Shown piece by piece: positions 53,060 to 63,021 of a stretch of 64,000 nt of DNA. Where the stretch lies: contig CAVRUH010000005.1 in NCBI GenBank assembly GCA_963724325.1, positions 128,001-192,000 of the forward strand. Direction: 5' to 3'. The notes beneath the pieces are model-generated. The model was not told the origin of the DNA and did no database searches. It saw only the letters and a program-made list of their open reading frames with translations. How positions within the stretch are numbered: the first letter of the stretch is position 1; each line of letters opens with the position of its first letter. A program made the translations under genes and the position numbers. Source of the DNA: Waddliaceae bacterium (lineage in GTDB: Bacteria; Chlamydiota; Chlamydiia; Chlamydiales; Waddliaceae).

Positions 53060-56000
53060 ATGCACCGAATCTTTTTGACCTGTTTTGTATTCTTGTGTCA
53101 TTTTTTTATCCATTCTGAAATAGAAATAGATGATGAAACATTCCTTGAAAAAGCCATTGAAGAGGTAGAAGATACCAAATACATGGTGGACCTGAAAGGC
53201 TGTCCAAACGCAACTGTGGGGAACTGCGTCAACGCAATTACCGGAAGCTTCAGCGATGGTCGAGTCGACATGGAAGTCCGAGGCTCGAATCCAATCACTC
53301 TGGCTCGCTCATTCAACAGCAGCATGCGAGATCGAGGATCACTCTGTCATGCATGGAATATAAATCTCCCAGGAAAAGTCACTGCCTATCATAGTGAAGA
53401 TGAAAATAGAAATGTCATAGATAGAGTTACTCTTCTTAAACATGGAAGTAGTGAATTTGCTTTCGAAGGGATAAAAGATAGCTCAAAAGTACCCAGCAAA
53501 CAGCTTCACCATGGCGTTACTAACTGCTCTTCAGGAATTCTCACCGCCAAGAATAATATCAAAAATCTCAGATTCAAAAGCAAAAAGAAATCGGATAAAT
53601 GTTCTCTCAAATTAAGTGAATTTGAAAATCTGAAGTTCAATAAATTTCATTCCAAAGATAATGAAATTGATTATTCACTAAGCATGCACAACTTTCCTAA
53701 TAGATGTTCTCTAAAATACAATTACGATAAAAGTGATCGCCTGAAATCTATCCTCTCTACCGGATCTCATGAGAAGGAGATGGGATCTTTAAGATGGCTA
53801 TATCCCTATGATTTTGAAAAAACTCCAATGGTGACAATACAAAGTGATGATGGAAGAGAAATAATTTATCAATTTAAGAAAATGCAGTCAAAAGATAGCG
53901 ATAGTTCGTATCGGTATTGCCTTTCAGAAGTCATCTCAGAACATATTCCTCATCAAAAATATAAATATGAATTCTTATCGAAAAAGAAACCCGATTTATT
54001 GAAAAAAATCTCATTGCCTGATGGCAGATTTAAGAAAATCAGTTACTATCGATACAAAACAAAAAATTATGTTTTTGAAACTCCAAATTTTATCAGTGAT
54101 AAAAAAGACAGCAGGGTAGGTCGAGTCAGGATTCTAAGCGCACCTGTTGGGTATGATAAATCTGCAATACCCACCTATACCTTTGACTATCATACCGGGC
54201 ATAAGCATGCCACAGAAAAGCCAGAGAAGGGCTACACCGATGTTTATGATGCTTATAAAAATAAAATTCGATACATATATGACCGACAGCACCGTCTAGA
54301 TGCAATTATTAGCTATTCAAAAGACGGTTCTGTTTATCGAAAAGAGCAAATGAAATGGGGAGCAAAGGACCATGATGAGTATACATGCCTCTTAGAACGC
54401 ACGCTTCTTGATGGTAACAATCAGAAGTGCTTCTCTCGCAAATACAAATACGACAAAAAAGGAAACGTTTTACAAGAAACAGTTGTTGGGAATCTCTCAG
54501 GGCAAGGTGAAAAAGAAGTTTATGTTAAGCAATTCACCTATACTCCTGCTAATCAAATAGCAACAGAAGATGACGGATTCAGGATTATTAAATATGACTA
54601 CTATCCCGATTCCGATTTGATTAAAAGAAGGTGGATTATTTCCAACTCACAAATTTGTGAGCGCTATTTTTATGATTATGATGCAAATGGGAGCATGATT
54701 TCAGAAATCATCGACGATGGTTTAGACAAGAACATAAATAATTTGACCGGAGTCACACAACGCTTCATTAAAAAGATCGTACCAGCAAGAAATGGCCTCC
54801 CTAAGGTTATTGAGGAAAAGGTTTTTGACTTCAAACAACACAAAGAAGTCCTTGCTAAAAAGCTTGTCAACCATTATTCCCATTCGGGACAACTTGTAAA
54901 GCAGGAAGTCTATGATGCCGATCTCAATCATATTTATTCCAAAGAAGTTGGTTATGATGTTCAAGAAAATGTCATTTGGGAAATCAACGAATTAGGACAA
55001 CAAACCTCTTATGGATATGACGCCAATAAAAATCGTATTTTTAAACAAGGGCCAATTGCTGAATATTATAACACCTATGCATATGACTATTCAAATCGTC
55101 TCATTCGCGAAGAAGAAGTTCATACAGATGGAAAACGGTATGTAAAAACATATACGTACGATTATCTCGGCAATAGAACCTCATCTACAGACTATTCTGG
55201 AAATATCACACGATACAAATATGATGAATTTAATAGGATAATTGAAACCATTTATCCAACTGTCATAAGACCTGATGAAACATCTTATACTTCCTCAGAA
55301 AAGGTCACTTATGATGTCCTAAATAACATTAATTCTAGAATCGATGGCAATGGACAACTGACCAAATACAGATTCTCTTCCTACGGCAAGGCTGCAACCC
55401 TTGAAAATCCAGATGGGACCATTGAAAAAAATATTTATCGGCCGGATGGAGTTATTCAAAAGACCATTATGGCAAATGGCACCTCTATTGAATATGAATA
55501 CGACTATAAAGATCGAAAAACTGTAGAAAAGCGATTTAGTGCTTTACGAGAGCTTCTTTCAATTCGTACATGGACTTATAATGCCTTCCAGTTGCTTTCT
55601 GAAACAGATTGTAATGGAAATACCACTTATTTCTCTTATAATTCTGCAGGACAACTTGTAAAAGCCAAAAAAGGTGAGAACGAAACTGGATACGTTTATG
55701 ATTCCCGTGGAAGAAAAGTCGAAATTTGGGACAAATGCCAAAATAACTATTTCCGCAAAAACATCTGTCAATATGACAACCGCAACCAAGTTATTGAAGA
55801 GCGCATCGAAGACAATTTTGGCAATATGCTCAGCTTAAAGTGCTATTCATATGATATCCATGGCAATCGCACACATACTTCTACCCAATCTTCAAATGGT
55901 TTGATTACTAAAGTCATCGAATATGACACTAATAAACAAGTCACTAAGATCACCCATCCCAATGGAGAAGTAACACAGTTTCACCGTACCTATGATCACA

Positions 56001-58444
56001 GCGATCCTTGGGGAAATACTGTTTGCTACGAAATAGAAATCGACCCTATGGGAACACACACTTGCCGTACATACAATCCCGTCGGTAAAATTGCCATGGA
56101 AGAACACAAATCCCCATTGGGAGACGTTCTTAGAAGGTCGACTTTCTGTTACGACGGCAATGGCAATGTCATCAGGAAGTATGAAGATTTAATTATTGAA
56201 GGAGAAATTGAAAAGACAATCCTGACAAAATTTGAATGGGATGCACTTAATCGCGAAGTAGGTATTTTTGAGGCCTACGGAACGTCCGAACAAAAAATCA
56301 CACGTAAAGAGTATAATGCACTCGGAAAAATTTCCAGAATCTATAAAGCCGACGGTATTATTGTCGACAATCTTTATGACCCTCAAGGACGACTCACTGA
56401 CCTCTGCGACAGTAAAGGGGAAGTCCATTACCGGTATACTTATGACTCAAACGACAATATTTTTTCAGTCCTAGATCTGAAAAACGATCGACAAACAATT
56501 CGAGAATATGACTTCGACGACCGGGTCATTTGCGAGATCATGGATTCGGGTCTAAAGCAGTCATACGAATACGATGCCATAGGTAGAATCACAAAAATAA
56601 TTCTTCCCGACCAGTCCGAAATTGTATACGAATATGATGCTAAGAATTTGCTGAAGATATCAAGAGGAGATTATGAAGTCTCTTATAACTATGATATTTC
56701 TGGAAAAATCCAGAGCATATCTCTGCCTCATAATCATGGAGAAATAACATACGATTACGACTGTGCCATGAGACTGATTAATATTGCTTCACCATATTAC
56801 TCGCAGGTCATACCTGAAGGTGGATACGATGGATGTAATAGACTTCTCAAGTCAAATCAAACAGATTCCATTGGAACCGTTAATCTTGTGTATGACTATG
56901 ACTTCCTGCATCAGTTGATTTCCGAAAAAGGTGATGTTTCGCATCTTTACGCTTACGACTCACGCTTTAACCGCATTAAAAAAGACGATACTGATTATGA
57001 AAATAACGCATTGAATCAGCTATTGTCTCAAGGGTCAACGTCCTATGTGTATGACAAAAATGGAAATCAGCGCTCGATTTCTCGTGAAGGAAAAAAAATT
57101 GATTGCACTTATGATGCATTGGACCGATTGATCACGGTAGAAATTGGAGAAACACGAGTAAAATTTGTGTACGATGCATTTCATCGAAGGATGAGTAAAG
57201 CAGTATTTGAGAAAGTCGATGGAAACTGGACTGAGATTTATTTTGAACAGTATTTATATTTATTTGATACAGAGTTTGGAGCCGTGAATGCCGAAGGGAA
57301 AATTGTTCAGTTGAATATGATCGGACCTGGAGTTGAATCTAATAGTGCAGCTATTGAGCTTCAGGGACATCTCTTTATTCCTTTCCATGATCATCGAGGC
57401 AATGTGGTATCTTTAGTTGAAGGCACTACGGGAGCCGTTGTTGAGACACATCGCTATACTGCCTATGGAGAAGAGACAGTTTATGATGCAGATGGAGAAA
57501 AAGTTGATGTTTCGGAGAATCCTTGGAGATTTAGTGGCAAGCGACTTGATGCTGAGATAGGTCTGAGTTATTTTGGACGTCGTTATTACGATAGTGAAGT
57601 TGGCAAGTGGACTACGCCAGATCCACTTTGGTTTGAGGATGGTCCTAATCTCTATGCTTATGTTCATAACAGTCCGATACTCTATATGGATCCTAATGGC
57701 CTCTTTAGCATTGGCCCTCTCAATTTCACTAATGGAAATTTCACGGTATCCTTTAACTATTTTGAAAAGGTAGCTGATTTCGTTACTAATGCAGGTAGAT
57801 TTATTGTCGGTCAGCCATTGGTAGATACATGCACGCATGAGTATTGTGTTTCAGGCAAGAAGTATGATAACCTATCTTTGACGTTTATGAATGGAATTTG
57901 GAACACGCCAGAAGAAGCTAGAGATAGTGCAAAAAAGTTTTCTATGATGGCGGGGGGTATTCAGGTAAGAGGCATATATAATGGGTCGCAAGGAGTATTT
58001 GATCTTTTTGAGGCTATGTTGAATTTGGGTCGAGTTTCTACAGAACCTGTGTCGGCATTAAAAGCAATGTGGATGGATGCCTTTTCAAAAATGGGTCCAG
58101 ATGGTAAAATATTGCATTCGTGTCACAGTCAGGGATCTATTTTAACTAGGTTGGCATTATTAGAAATGGAACCACACTTAAGAGAGAGGATACATATTAT
58201 TGCGCTATGCCCTGCAGAGTATATAGAGAAGGAATTATGTGGTAGTGTCATACACATTTGCAGCAAAAATGATCCTGTAACTCGTATAGATGTACTAGGT
58301 CAAATTCGTTGTCGAGACACCATTATCTGGCTCGACAGACACCCTGATGCATCTTGGTTCGATCATTTTATCGACAGCCCAACGTTTACGAATAAATTAA
58401 CGGAAGTCATGGATAAATCTTTACAGAAATTAGGGGGAGCATGA
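53060..58444 (+). CDS. Rhs/YD-repeat protein with C-terminal alpha/beta-hydrolase-like (DUF687-like) domain
   Basis: Signal peptide; VNAITG; YD repeats; NPWRFSGKR...RYYD...DP...NLYAY...PILYMDPNGL; C-domain FMNGIWN, HSQG. Confidence 0.92.
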   Translation: MHRIFLTCFVFLCHFFIHSEIEIDDETFLEKAIEEVEDTKYMVDLKGCPNATVGNCVNAITGSFSDGRVDMEVRGSNPITLARSFNSSMRDRGSLCHAWNINLPGKVTAYHSEDENRNVIDRVTLLKHGSSEFAFEGIKDSSKVPSKQLHHGVTNCSSGILTAKNNIKNLRFKSKKKSDKCSLKLSEFENLKFNKFHSKDNEIDYSLSMHNFPNRCSLKYNYDKSDRLKSILSTGSHEKEMGSLRWLYPYDFEKTPMVTIQSDDGREIIYQFKKMQSKDSDSSYRYCLSEVISEHIPHQKYKYEFLSKKKPDLLKKISLPDGRFKKISYYRYKTKNYVFETPNFISDKKDSRVGRVRILSAPVGYDKSAIPTYTFDYHTGHKHATEKPEKGYTDVYDAYKNKIRYIYDRQHRLDAIISYSKDGSVYRKEQMKWGAKDHDEYTCLLERTLLDGNNQKCFSRKYKYDKKGNVLQETVVGNLSGQGEKEVYVKQFTYTPANQIATEDDGFRIIKYDYYPDSDLIKRRWIISNSQICERYFYDYDANGSMISEIIDDGLDKNINNLTGVTQRFIKKIVPARNGLPKVIEEKVFDFKQHKEVLAKKLVNHYSHSGQLVKQEVYDADLNHIYSKEVGYDVQENVIWEINELGQQTSYGYDANKNRIFKQGPIAEYYNTYAYDYSNRLIREEEVHTDGKRYVKTYTYDYLGNRTSSTDYSGNITRYKYDEFNRIIETIYPTVIRPDETSYTSSEKVTYDVLNNINSRIDGNGQLTKYRFSSYGKAATLENPDGTIEKNIYRPDGVIQKTIMANGTSIEYEYDYKDRKTVEKRFSALRELLSIRTWTYNAFQLLSETDCNGNTTYFSYNSAGQLVKAKKGENETGYVYDSRGRKVEIWDKCQNNYFRKNICQYDNRNQVIEERIEDNFGNMLSLKCYSYDIHGNRTHTSTQSSNGLITKVIEYDTNKQVTKITHPNGEVTQFHRTYDHSDPWGNTVCYEIEIDPMGTHTCRTYNPVGKIAMEEHKSPLGDVLRRSTFCYDGNGNVIRKYEDLIIEGEIEKTILTKFEWDALNREVGIFEAYGTSEQKITRKEYNALGKISRIYKADGIIVDNLYDPQGRLTDLCDSKGEVHYRYTYDSNDNIFSVLDLKNDRQTIREYDFDDRVICEIMDSGLKQSYEYDAIGRITKIILPDQSEIVYEYDAKNLLKISRGDYEVSYNYDISGKIQSISLPHNHGEITYDYDCAMRLINIASPYYSQVIPEGGYDGCNRLLKSNQTDSIGTVNLVYDYDFLHQLISEKGDVSHLYAYDSRFNRIKKDDTDYENNALNQLLSQGSTSYVYDKNGNQRSISREGKKIDCTYDALDRLITVEIGETRVKFVYDAFHRRMSKAVFEKVDGNWTEIYFEQYLYLFDTEFGAVNAEGKIVQLNMIGPGVESNSAAIELQGHLFIPFHDHRGNVVSLVEGTTGAVVETHRYTAYGEETVYDADGEKVDVSENPWRFSGKRLDAEIGLSYFGRRYYDSEVGKWTTPDPLWFEDGPNLYAYVHNSPILYMDPNGLFSIGPLNFTNGNFTVSFNYFEKVADFVTNAGRFIVGQPLVDTCTHEYCVSGKKYDNLSLTFMNGIWNTPEEARDSAKKFSMMAGGIQVRGIYNGSQGVFDLFEAMLNLGRVSTEPVSALKAMWMDAFSKMGPDGKILHSCHSQGSILTRLALLEMEPHLRERIHIIALCPAEYIEKELCGSVIHICSKNDPVTRIDVLGQIRCRDTIIWLDRHPDASWFDHFIDSPTFTNKLTEVMDKSLQKLGGA

Positions 58445-58989
58445 AGTTTATATTGATTATAGCATTAATAGCAATTTCCATTACATTGATATCCTGTTTG
58501 GATAATCGTTCTGAGGGTACTAAAATTGCTCATCGATTAATTAAGGAAACCATTGATGAAATGAATGAAGTCCATGGATTAACACCTTTTGCCATTTCTG
58601 AAGCTGAAGATAAAATAAACCGAGGTAAATATAAAGAAATTGGACTGAATTTTGCTGCGGATCATAGGATGAGTAAATTTGAGGCACGAGTGTTATTATT
58701 GGATATTGCTGATCGATTTCTTAACAGACTAAATGCCAATGAAAAAAAAGATCTCTTTATGGGAACTGCACCTTTTGTGGATAATAATATAGATGTTAGT
58801 ATTTCAATTTCTCCTTCAGACGGGTCTAGATCAACGGAAAGTGAATTAATTGGATTTCATTTTATTGGAAATCAAAATTGCATAATGTATTCATACCCTG
58901 TGTCCGATAATATCTATGGTCGTCGCCACGAATTTGAAACGATTGAGGAAGCACGTAAGTTAGTGCAAGAGCAACATTACCACTTGTAA
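58441..58989 (+). CDS. Lipoprotein, putative Rhs immunity protein
   Basis: Lipobox LISC; ATGA overlap with Rhs stop. Confidence 0.7.
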   Translation: MKFILIIALIAISITLISCLDNRSEGTKIAHRLIKETIDEMNEVHGLTPFAISEAEDKINRGKYKEIGLNFAADHRMSKFEARVLLLDIADRFLNRLNANEKKDLFMGTAPFVDNNIDVSISISPSDGSRSTESELIGFHFIGNQNCIMYSYPVSDNIYGRRHEFETIEEARKLVQEQHYHL

Positions 58990-59032
58990 ATGCAGAAAAA
59001 TGACGCATAACAAGTAAGAAAGTGCGCGTGAA

Positions 59033-59194
59033 TTTGGAGTGACCTAATTCATTAGGTCTTTTTCAGGGCTGAATTTATTCGGCCCTGTGCATGGCAAGAT
59101 TTCGCCATTCACCTAAGGAGGGCAAGGTGTCGCCCTCCACCGAGCCGAATAAATTCGGCTCGGAAAAAGACCCAATAAATTGGGTCACTCCAAA
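59033..59194. repeat. REPIN/MITE-like element (two inverted double-palindrome units)
   Basis: tttggagtgac...gtcactccaaa ends; internal palindromes with aatt(c/t)att cores; between convergent genes. Confidence 0.88.
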
Positions 59195-59275
59195 CCGGAA
59201 ATACTTATCATGAAAATCGCGATATTCTCTTTTAGAAGACGGTCTTAAAGTGTCACTATTGCTAAAAACTTTAAA

Positions 59276-60259
59276 TTATTCGATTGTTCCAGTGGCGAAT
59301 TTCTCATTAATTTTCCTGTATGAAGTTAAATCAATTTGGGTTGTTGTGTCTTTGCACTTATTTCGAAGGCATTCTAATACCAGCCTCAGATCGTCCATAA
59401 TTTTTTTTTCACCACGTAAATTAATTTTTTCAAGGGGTTCTTTCCGATTATTCACCAAACCAATAATGGACTGACATAATATGGATTTAACACTATCTTG
59501 TGTTATTAGATTGTTGATTTGCAGTTTTAAATTTTTAATCATATTCCACCTTCTGGCTTCAAGACAAAAAATTGGAAAATAATCTTTAATATATTCCTCG
59601 TCGCCTTCGAGGTAAACACCAAGATGCTTTACGTTAGTCAATTCACCTATTCGCTTGAGAAGAGTGCCGCATGCGCGAGGATTGTTATCTTCTTTAAATA
59701 TTGGATTCGTAAAATGAAGGATGAAAGTTTCTAGACCTTTATTTTTTGCGCAGCTATTGAATTTCATAAGTTCATAGAATGTACATTGCTCGCCGCTTAG
59801 ACTTAAATAGTCCTGAGGAGTCTTAATTGCGGCGAGTATAGACAAACATTCTACTACATCTGAGGCTTTAACTCCCACATCTTCAGGATTTTGCAGACGG
59901 TCATTCATAAATTCAGAGAAAATATTCAAGAACCATCTATGATTCAACTCGTAGCGGGTATCCAATAGTCGTTTAAAGGGGCTAGTTAGGTTTTGTGTTT
60001 CTAGCACTAGTTCATTTGGTATGACTGATTTGTTCTTTACTAGCTTATAAACTTCTAACCATCCATTACGTATCGCTTCGCCATGGCGTTCGAGTAAAAT
60101 ACCATGAGCTATAAGATAGATCTTTTTACAGGTTTGTGAAATGGCACCCATCTCTTTATGGGGAAGATAGTAAAAGATCCCTGGCAATATATTGCGCATG
60201 TCACTACTGCATAGCCAGCTTTCTGCCCCTGAATTTATTTCCTTAAAATTAATATTCAT
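59276..60259 (-). CDS. F-box-like protein, putative effector
   Basis: DMRNILPGIFYYLPHKEMGAISQTCKKIYLIA F-box pattern; LRR-like C-terminus. Confidence 0.65.
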   Translation of the reverse strand: MNINFKEINSGAESWLCSSDMRNILPGIFYYLPHKEMGAISQTCKKIYLIAHGILLERHGEAIRNGWLEVYKLVKNKSVIPNELVLETQNLTSPFKRLLDTRYELNHRWFLNIFSEFMNDRLQNPEDVGVKASDVVECLSILAAIKTPQDYLSLSGEQCTFYELMKFNSCAKNKGLETFILHFTNPIFKEDNNPRACGTLLKRIGELTNVKHLGVYLEGDEEYIKDYFPIFCLEARRWNMIKNLKLQINNLITQDSVKSILCQSIIGLVNNRKEPLEKINLRGEKKIMDDLRLVLECLRNKCKDTTTQIDLTSYRKINEKFATGTIE

Positions 60260-60303
60260 TTTTGATAAACCGTAACATATAAATGTAGTTATATGCAAGA
60301 AGT

Positions 60304-61116
60304 TTAATATAATATCTTAGGGTAGGTTTTTGTAGCGATGACGATCAAAATGGAAAGGGAAAAGAACCCAACTGCGAAATCGAGGCATAGGTCAGATGTG
60401 GTTGCATGATTGGTGATCATAAAGCTGCGGAGTGCATCTACCTGATATGATAATGGATTTAACTTGGATACGATTTGTAACCATCTAGGCATCATTTCGA
60501 TGGGGTATAGGGCATTACTCGCAAAGAAAAGCGGCATTGTCAGGACTTGTCCAATCCCCATAAATCTTTCCCGCTTTTTTACCACAGCTGCAACGATTAA
60601 TGAAAAAGTGGAAAAGATAGCGCCTCCCAGCAAAACGGTCGTAATAACTCCGACAATAGAAAAAAAATCCCACCTCAAATGGATCCCCAAAAACAAGGAA
60701 AGCAAATAAATAATAAAAATTTGCGATACACCTCTAACTCCAGCAGCCAGCGCTCGACCAATGACCAAAAGACTTCTTGGAGAAGGTGATACCAAAATTT
60801 TATGCAGAGTGCCCATATCACGTTCCCAGATCAACGAAATGCCGAAAAAAATCGAGATAAATAAAATACTTTGTGCCAGAATCCCTGGGGCTATGTAGTC
60901 GAGGTAGGGTAGCGAGCCCGTTGGGATGGCCCGCACGTTGGCCATTGCTTGTCCAAAAATTAACAGCCAAATAGCAGGTTGAATCATCCTTGTGAATAGT
61001 TCATAGGGATCGTGCTTCAATTTTCTAATATCTGCTTCAAGGATGGCAATCACTTGCTCCAATCTTCTAAGCAAGATGCTAGAGGTTAGAAATTGTTCTT
61101 CGGATTTGTTTGACAT
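60304..61116 (-). CDS. ABC-2 permease (DrrB-like)
   Basis: QPAIWLLIFG, YLDYIAPG, ERDMG, NPLSY. Confidence 0.92.
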   Translation of the reverse strand: MSNKSEEQFLTSSILLRRLEQVIAILEADIRKLKHDPYELFTRMIQPAIWLLIFGQAMANVRAIPTGSLPYLDYIAPGILAQSILFISIFFGISLIWERDMGTLHKILVSPSPRSLLVIGRALAAGVRGVSQIFIIYLLSLFLGIHLRWDFFSIVGVITTVLLGGAIFSTFSLIVAAVVKKRERFMGIGQVLTMPLFFASNALYPIEMMPRWLQIVSKLNPLSYQVDALRSFMITNHATTSDLCLDFAVGFFSLSILIVIATKTYPKILY

Positions 61117-61903
61117 GACCGTAACTTCCTCCTCCTTTTAATGAACTTCCTGTATGAAAAATAAATACATCATCTAGAGTAGCTTGTGGACCCAAAGCCG
61201 CCTTTAGATTGGTTGGTGTATCCATTACAACAATACGTCCTAGATGCATCAAGGCAACAATATCACAGAGTGTATCAGCTTCATCCATATCATGTGTAGT
61301 CATGAGGATGGTCGTTTGCATTTGTTTATTTAATGCTTGAATGTGTTTCCAAAGGATTTTACGAGCGGCGGGGTCAAGACCGACGCTGGGTTCATCTAGA
61401 AAGAGTACGCCAGGTTGATGGATTAGGGCTTGAGCGATCTCTAGGCGGCGGATCATTCCTCCCGAGTAGCTGCTAACTAATTGGTCTTTATGCTCTCCTA
61501 AATTCATGAAGTCCAAAACCAATTGGATGCGCATTTGCCGATATTTTTGCGAGATTCCATAGAGTTTAGCTGACATGAGCAGATTTTCATATCCGGAAAG
61601 TTCACCATCAGCAGAGAGAAGCTGAGGAACATATCCTATGCTTTGACGTACCTGTGAGGGATTTTTGTTGATAGAATAACCGTTGATGTATGCTTGACCG
61701 GATGTGATTGGTAAAAGAGTTGTGAGCATCTTGATGATGGTGCTTTTACCTGCACCATTGGGTCCAATTAATCCGAAGGTCATGCCTTTTTTTATTCCGA
61801 AGGAAACGCGATCGACAGCAAGCAATGTACCATAACTATGGCTAAGCTCTATTGCTTCGATAATAAATTCAGGATCACTTTGTTTTAAATTTGATGTATT
61901 CAT
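61079..61903 (-). CDS. ABC ATPase (DrrA-like)
   Basis: GPNGAGKST, YSGGM, LFLDEP, TTHDMDEA. Confidence 0.95.
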   Translation of the reverse strand: MNTSNLKQSDPEFIIEAIELSHSYGTLLAVDRVSFGIKKGMTFGLIGPNGAGKSTIIKMLTTLLPITSGQAYINGYSINKNPSQVRQSIGYVPQLLSADGELSGYENLLMSAKLYGISQKYRQMRIQLVLDFMNLGEHKDQLVSSYSGGMIRRLEIAQALIHQPGVLFLDEPSVGLDPAARKILWKHIQALNKQMQTTILMTTHDMDEADTLCDIVALMHLGRIVVMDTPTNLKAALGPQATLDDVFIFHTGSSLKGGGSYGHVKQIRRTISNL

Positions 61904-62100
61904 GTTATATTTTCTCAATTTAAATAATTTTATTTAATGTGTCAATGGCAATAGTAATTTCAGAGTGGACTCGGAAATTATCAGATTTATGTGGCAATAA
62001 ATAGCATTTTCGGATGCAACAACATTTGTCCTTATATTCCAGTTGACTTAATTTTTTAGTATATGAATAATGCAGCCCAAACCATTACAAGGGACTATAT

Positions 62101-62979
62101 ATGAAAAACTTAGAAATCGTTGAGATTGAATCCTGGGAAACTGCAATTTCACCTGCAACGCAAGATGCCATTGTTAAGGCATTGGAGGGTGGTAAAGTTG
62201 TATACTTTCCTAAATTGTCTTTCAATTTAGGTTCGCACGAGCTACCCCTTTTATCACCAGACAAAACTGACCCAAAGTCAAAAAATGTTAGCTTTGATAT
62301 ACGCACGCAAAAACTGGCTGGGGCTCAGTGTTCAGATGCCGAGAAGGAATTGCTTGCAGAAATGATTAAACGTTTTGCAGTTGCCAGTCGAAAAATGATG
62401 GAAACACTCATTCCATCTTACAATAAATATCTGGAACAGGCTCGGACCAGCTTTCGTCCTGTAGAGATTGAAGGGAGAAAAACTTCCTATCGCAAAGATG
62501 ACTCATTGTTACATATCGATTCATTTCCAGCGACGCCTTCCAAGGGAAAACGGATACTTCGGTTCTTTTCGAATATTAATCAGGAAGGAAAGTCAAGAGT
62601 ATGGAGGATAGGGGAGCCATTTTCTGATGTTGTTAAAAAAATGGGGCCTAGAACCAGTTCTCCATTTCCAGGTTTGGCTGAGCTTTATAAGTTATTACGC
62701 ATTACAAAAGATTATCGCACCCTCTATGATCATTATATGTTGCAACTCCACGACAATATGAAAGCGGATTCAAAATACCAAGAAGAAGTGCCGCAAGAAA
62801 CAGTCTTGCTTCCCCCTGGTAGCACCTGGATGGTTTACACGGATCAAGTTTCTCATGCTGCCATGTCAGGTCAGCATGTTTTGGAACAAACGTATCATTT
62901 GCCGCCAAGTGCGATGCAAAACTTAGAAACAACACCTCTGGCTGTACTCGAGAAATACTTCAAGAAAATATTACTTTAA
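62101..62979 (+). CDS. kdoO: Kdo 3-hydroxylase family dioxygenase
   Basis: RTSFRPVE, RKDD.LLHIDSFP, RILRFFSNIN, DQVSHAAMSGQ..LEQT. Confidence 0.88.
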   Translation: MKNLEIVEIESWETAISPATQDAIVKALEGGKVVYFPKLSFNLGSHELPLLSPDKTDPKSKNVSFDIRTQKLAGAQCSDAEKELLAEMIKRFAVASRKMMETLIPSYNKYLEQARTSFRPVEIEGRKTSYRKDDSLLHIDSFPATPSKGKRILRFFSNINQEGKSRVWRIGEPFSDVVKKMGPRTSSPFPGLAELYKLLRITKDYRTLYDHYMLQLHDNMKADSKYQEEVPQETVLLPPGSTWMVYTDQVSHAAMSGQHVLEQTYHLPPSAMQNLETTPLAVLEKYFKKILL

Positions 62980-63021
62980 AAAAATATTTACTATTAATTT
63001 TTAATTTGATAGTTTGACGTT

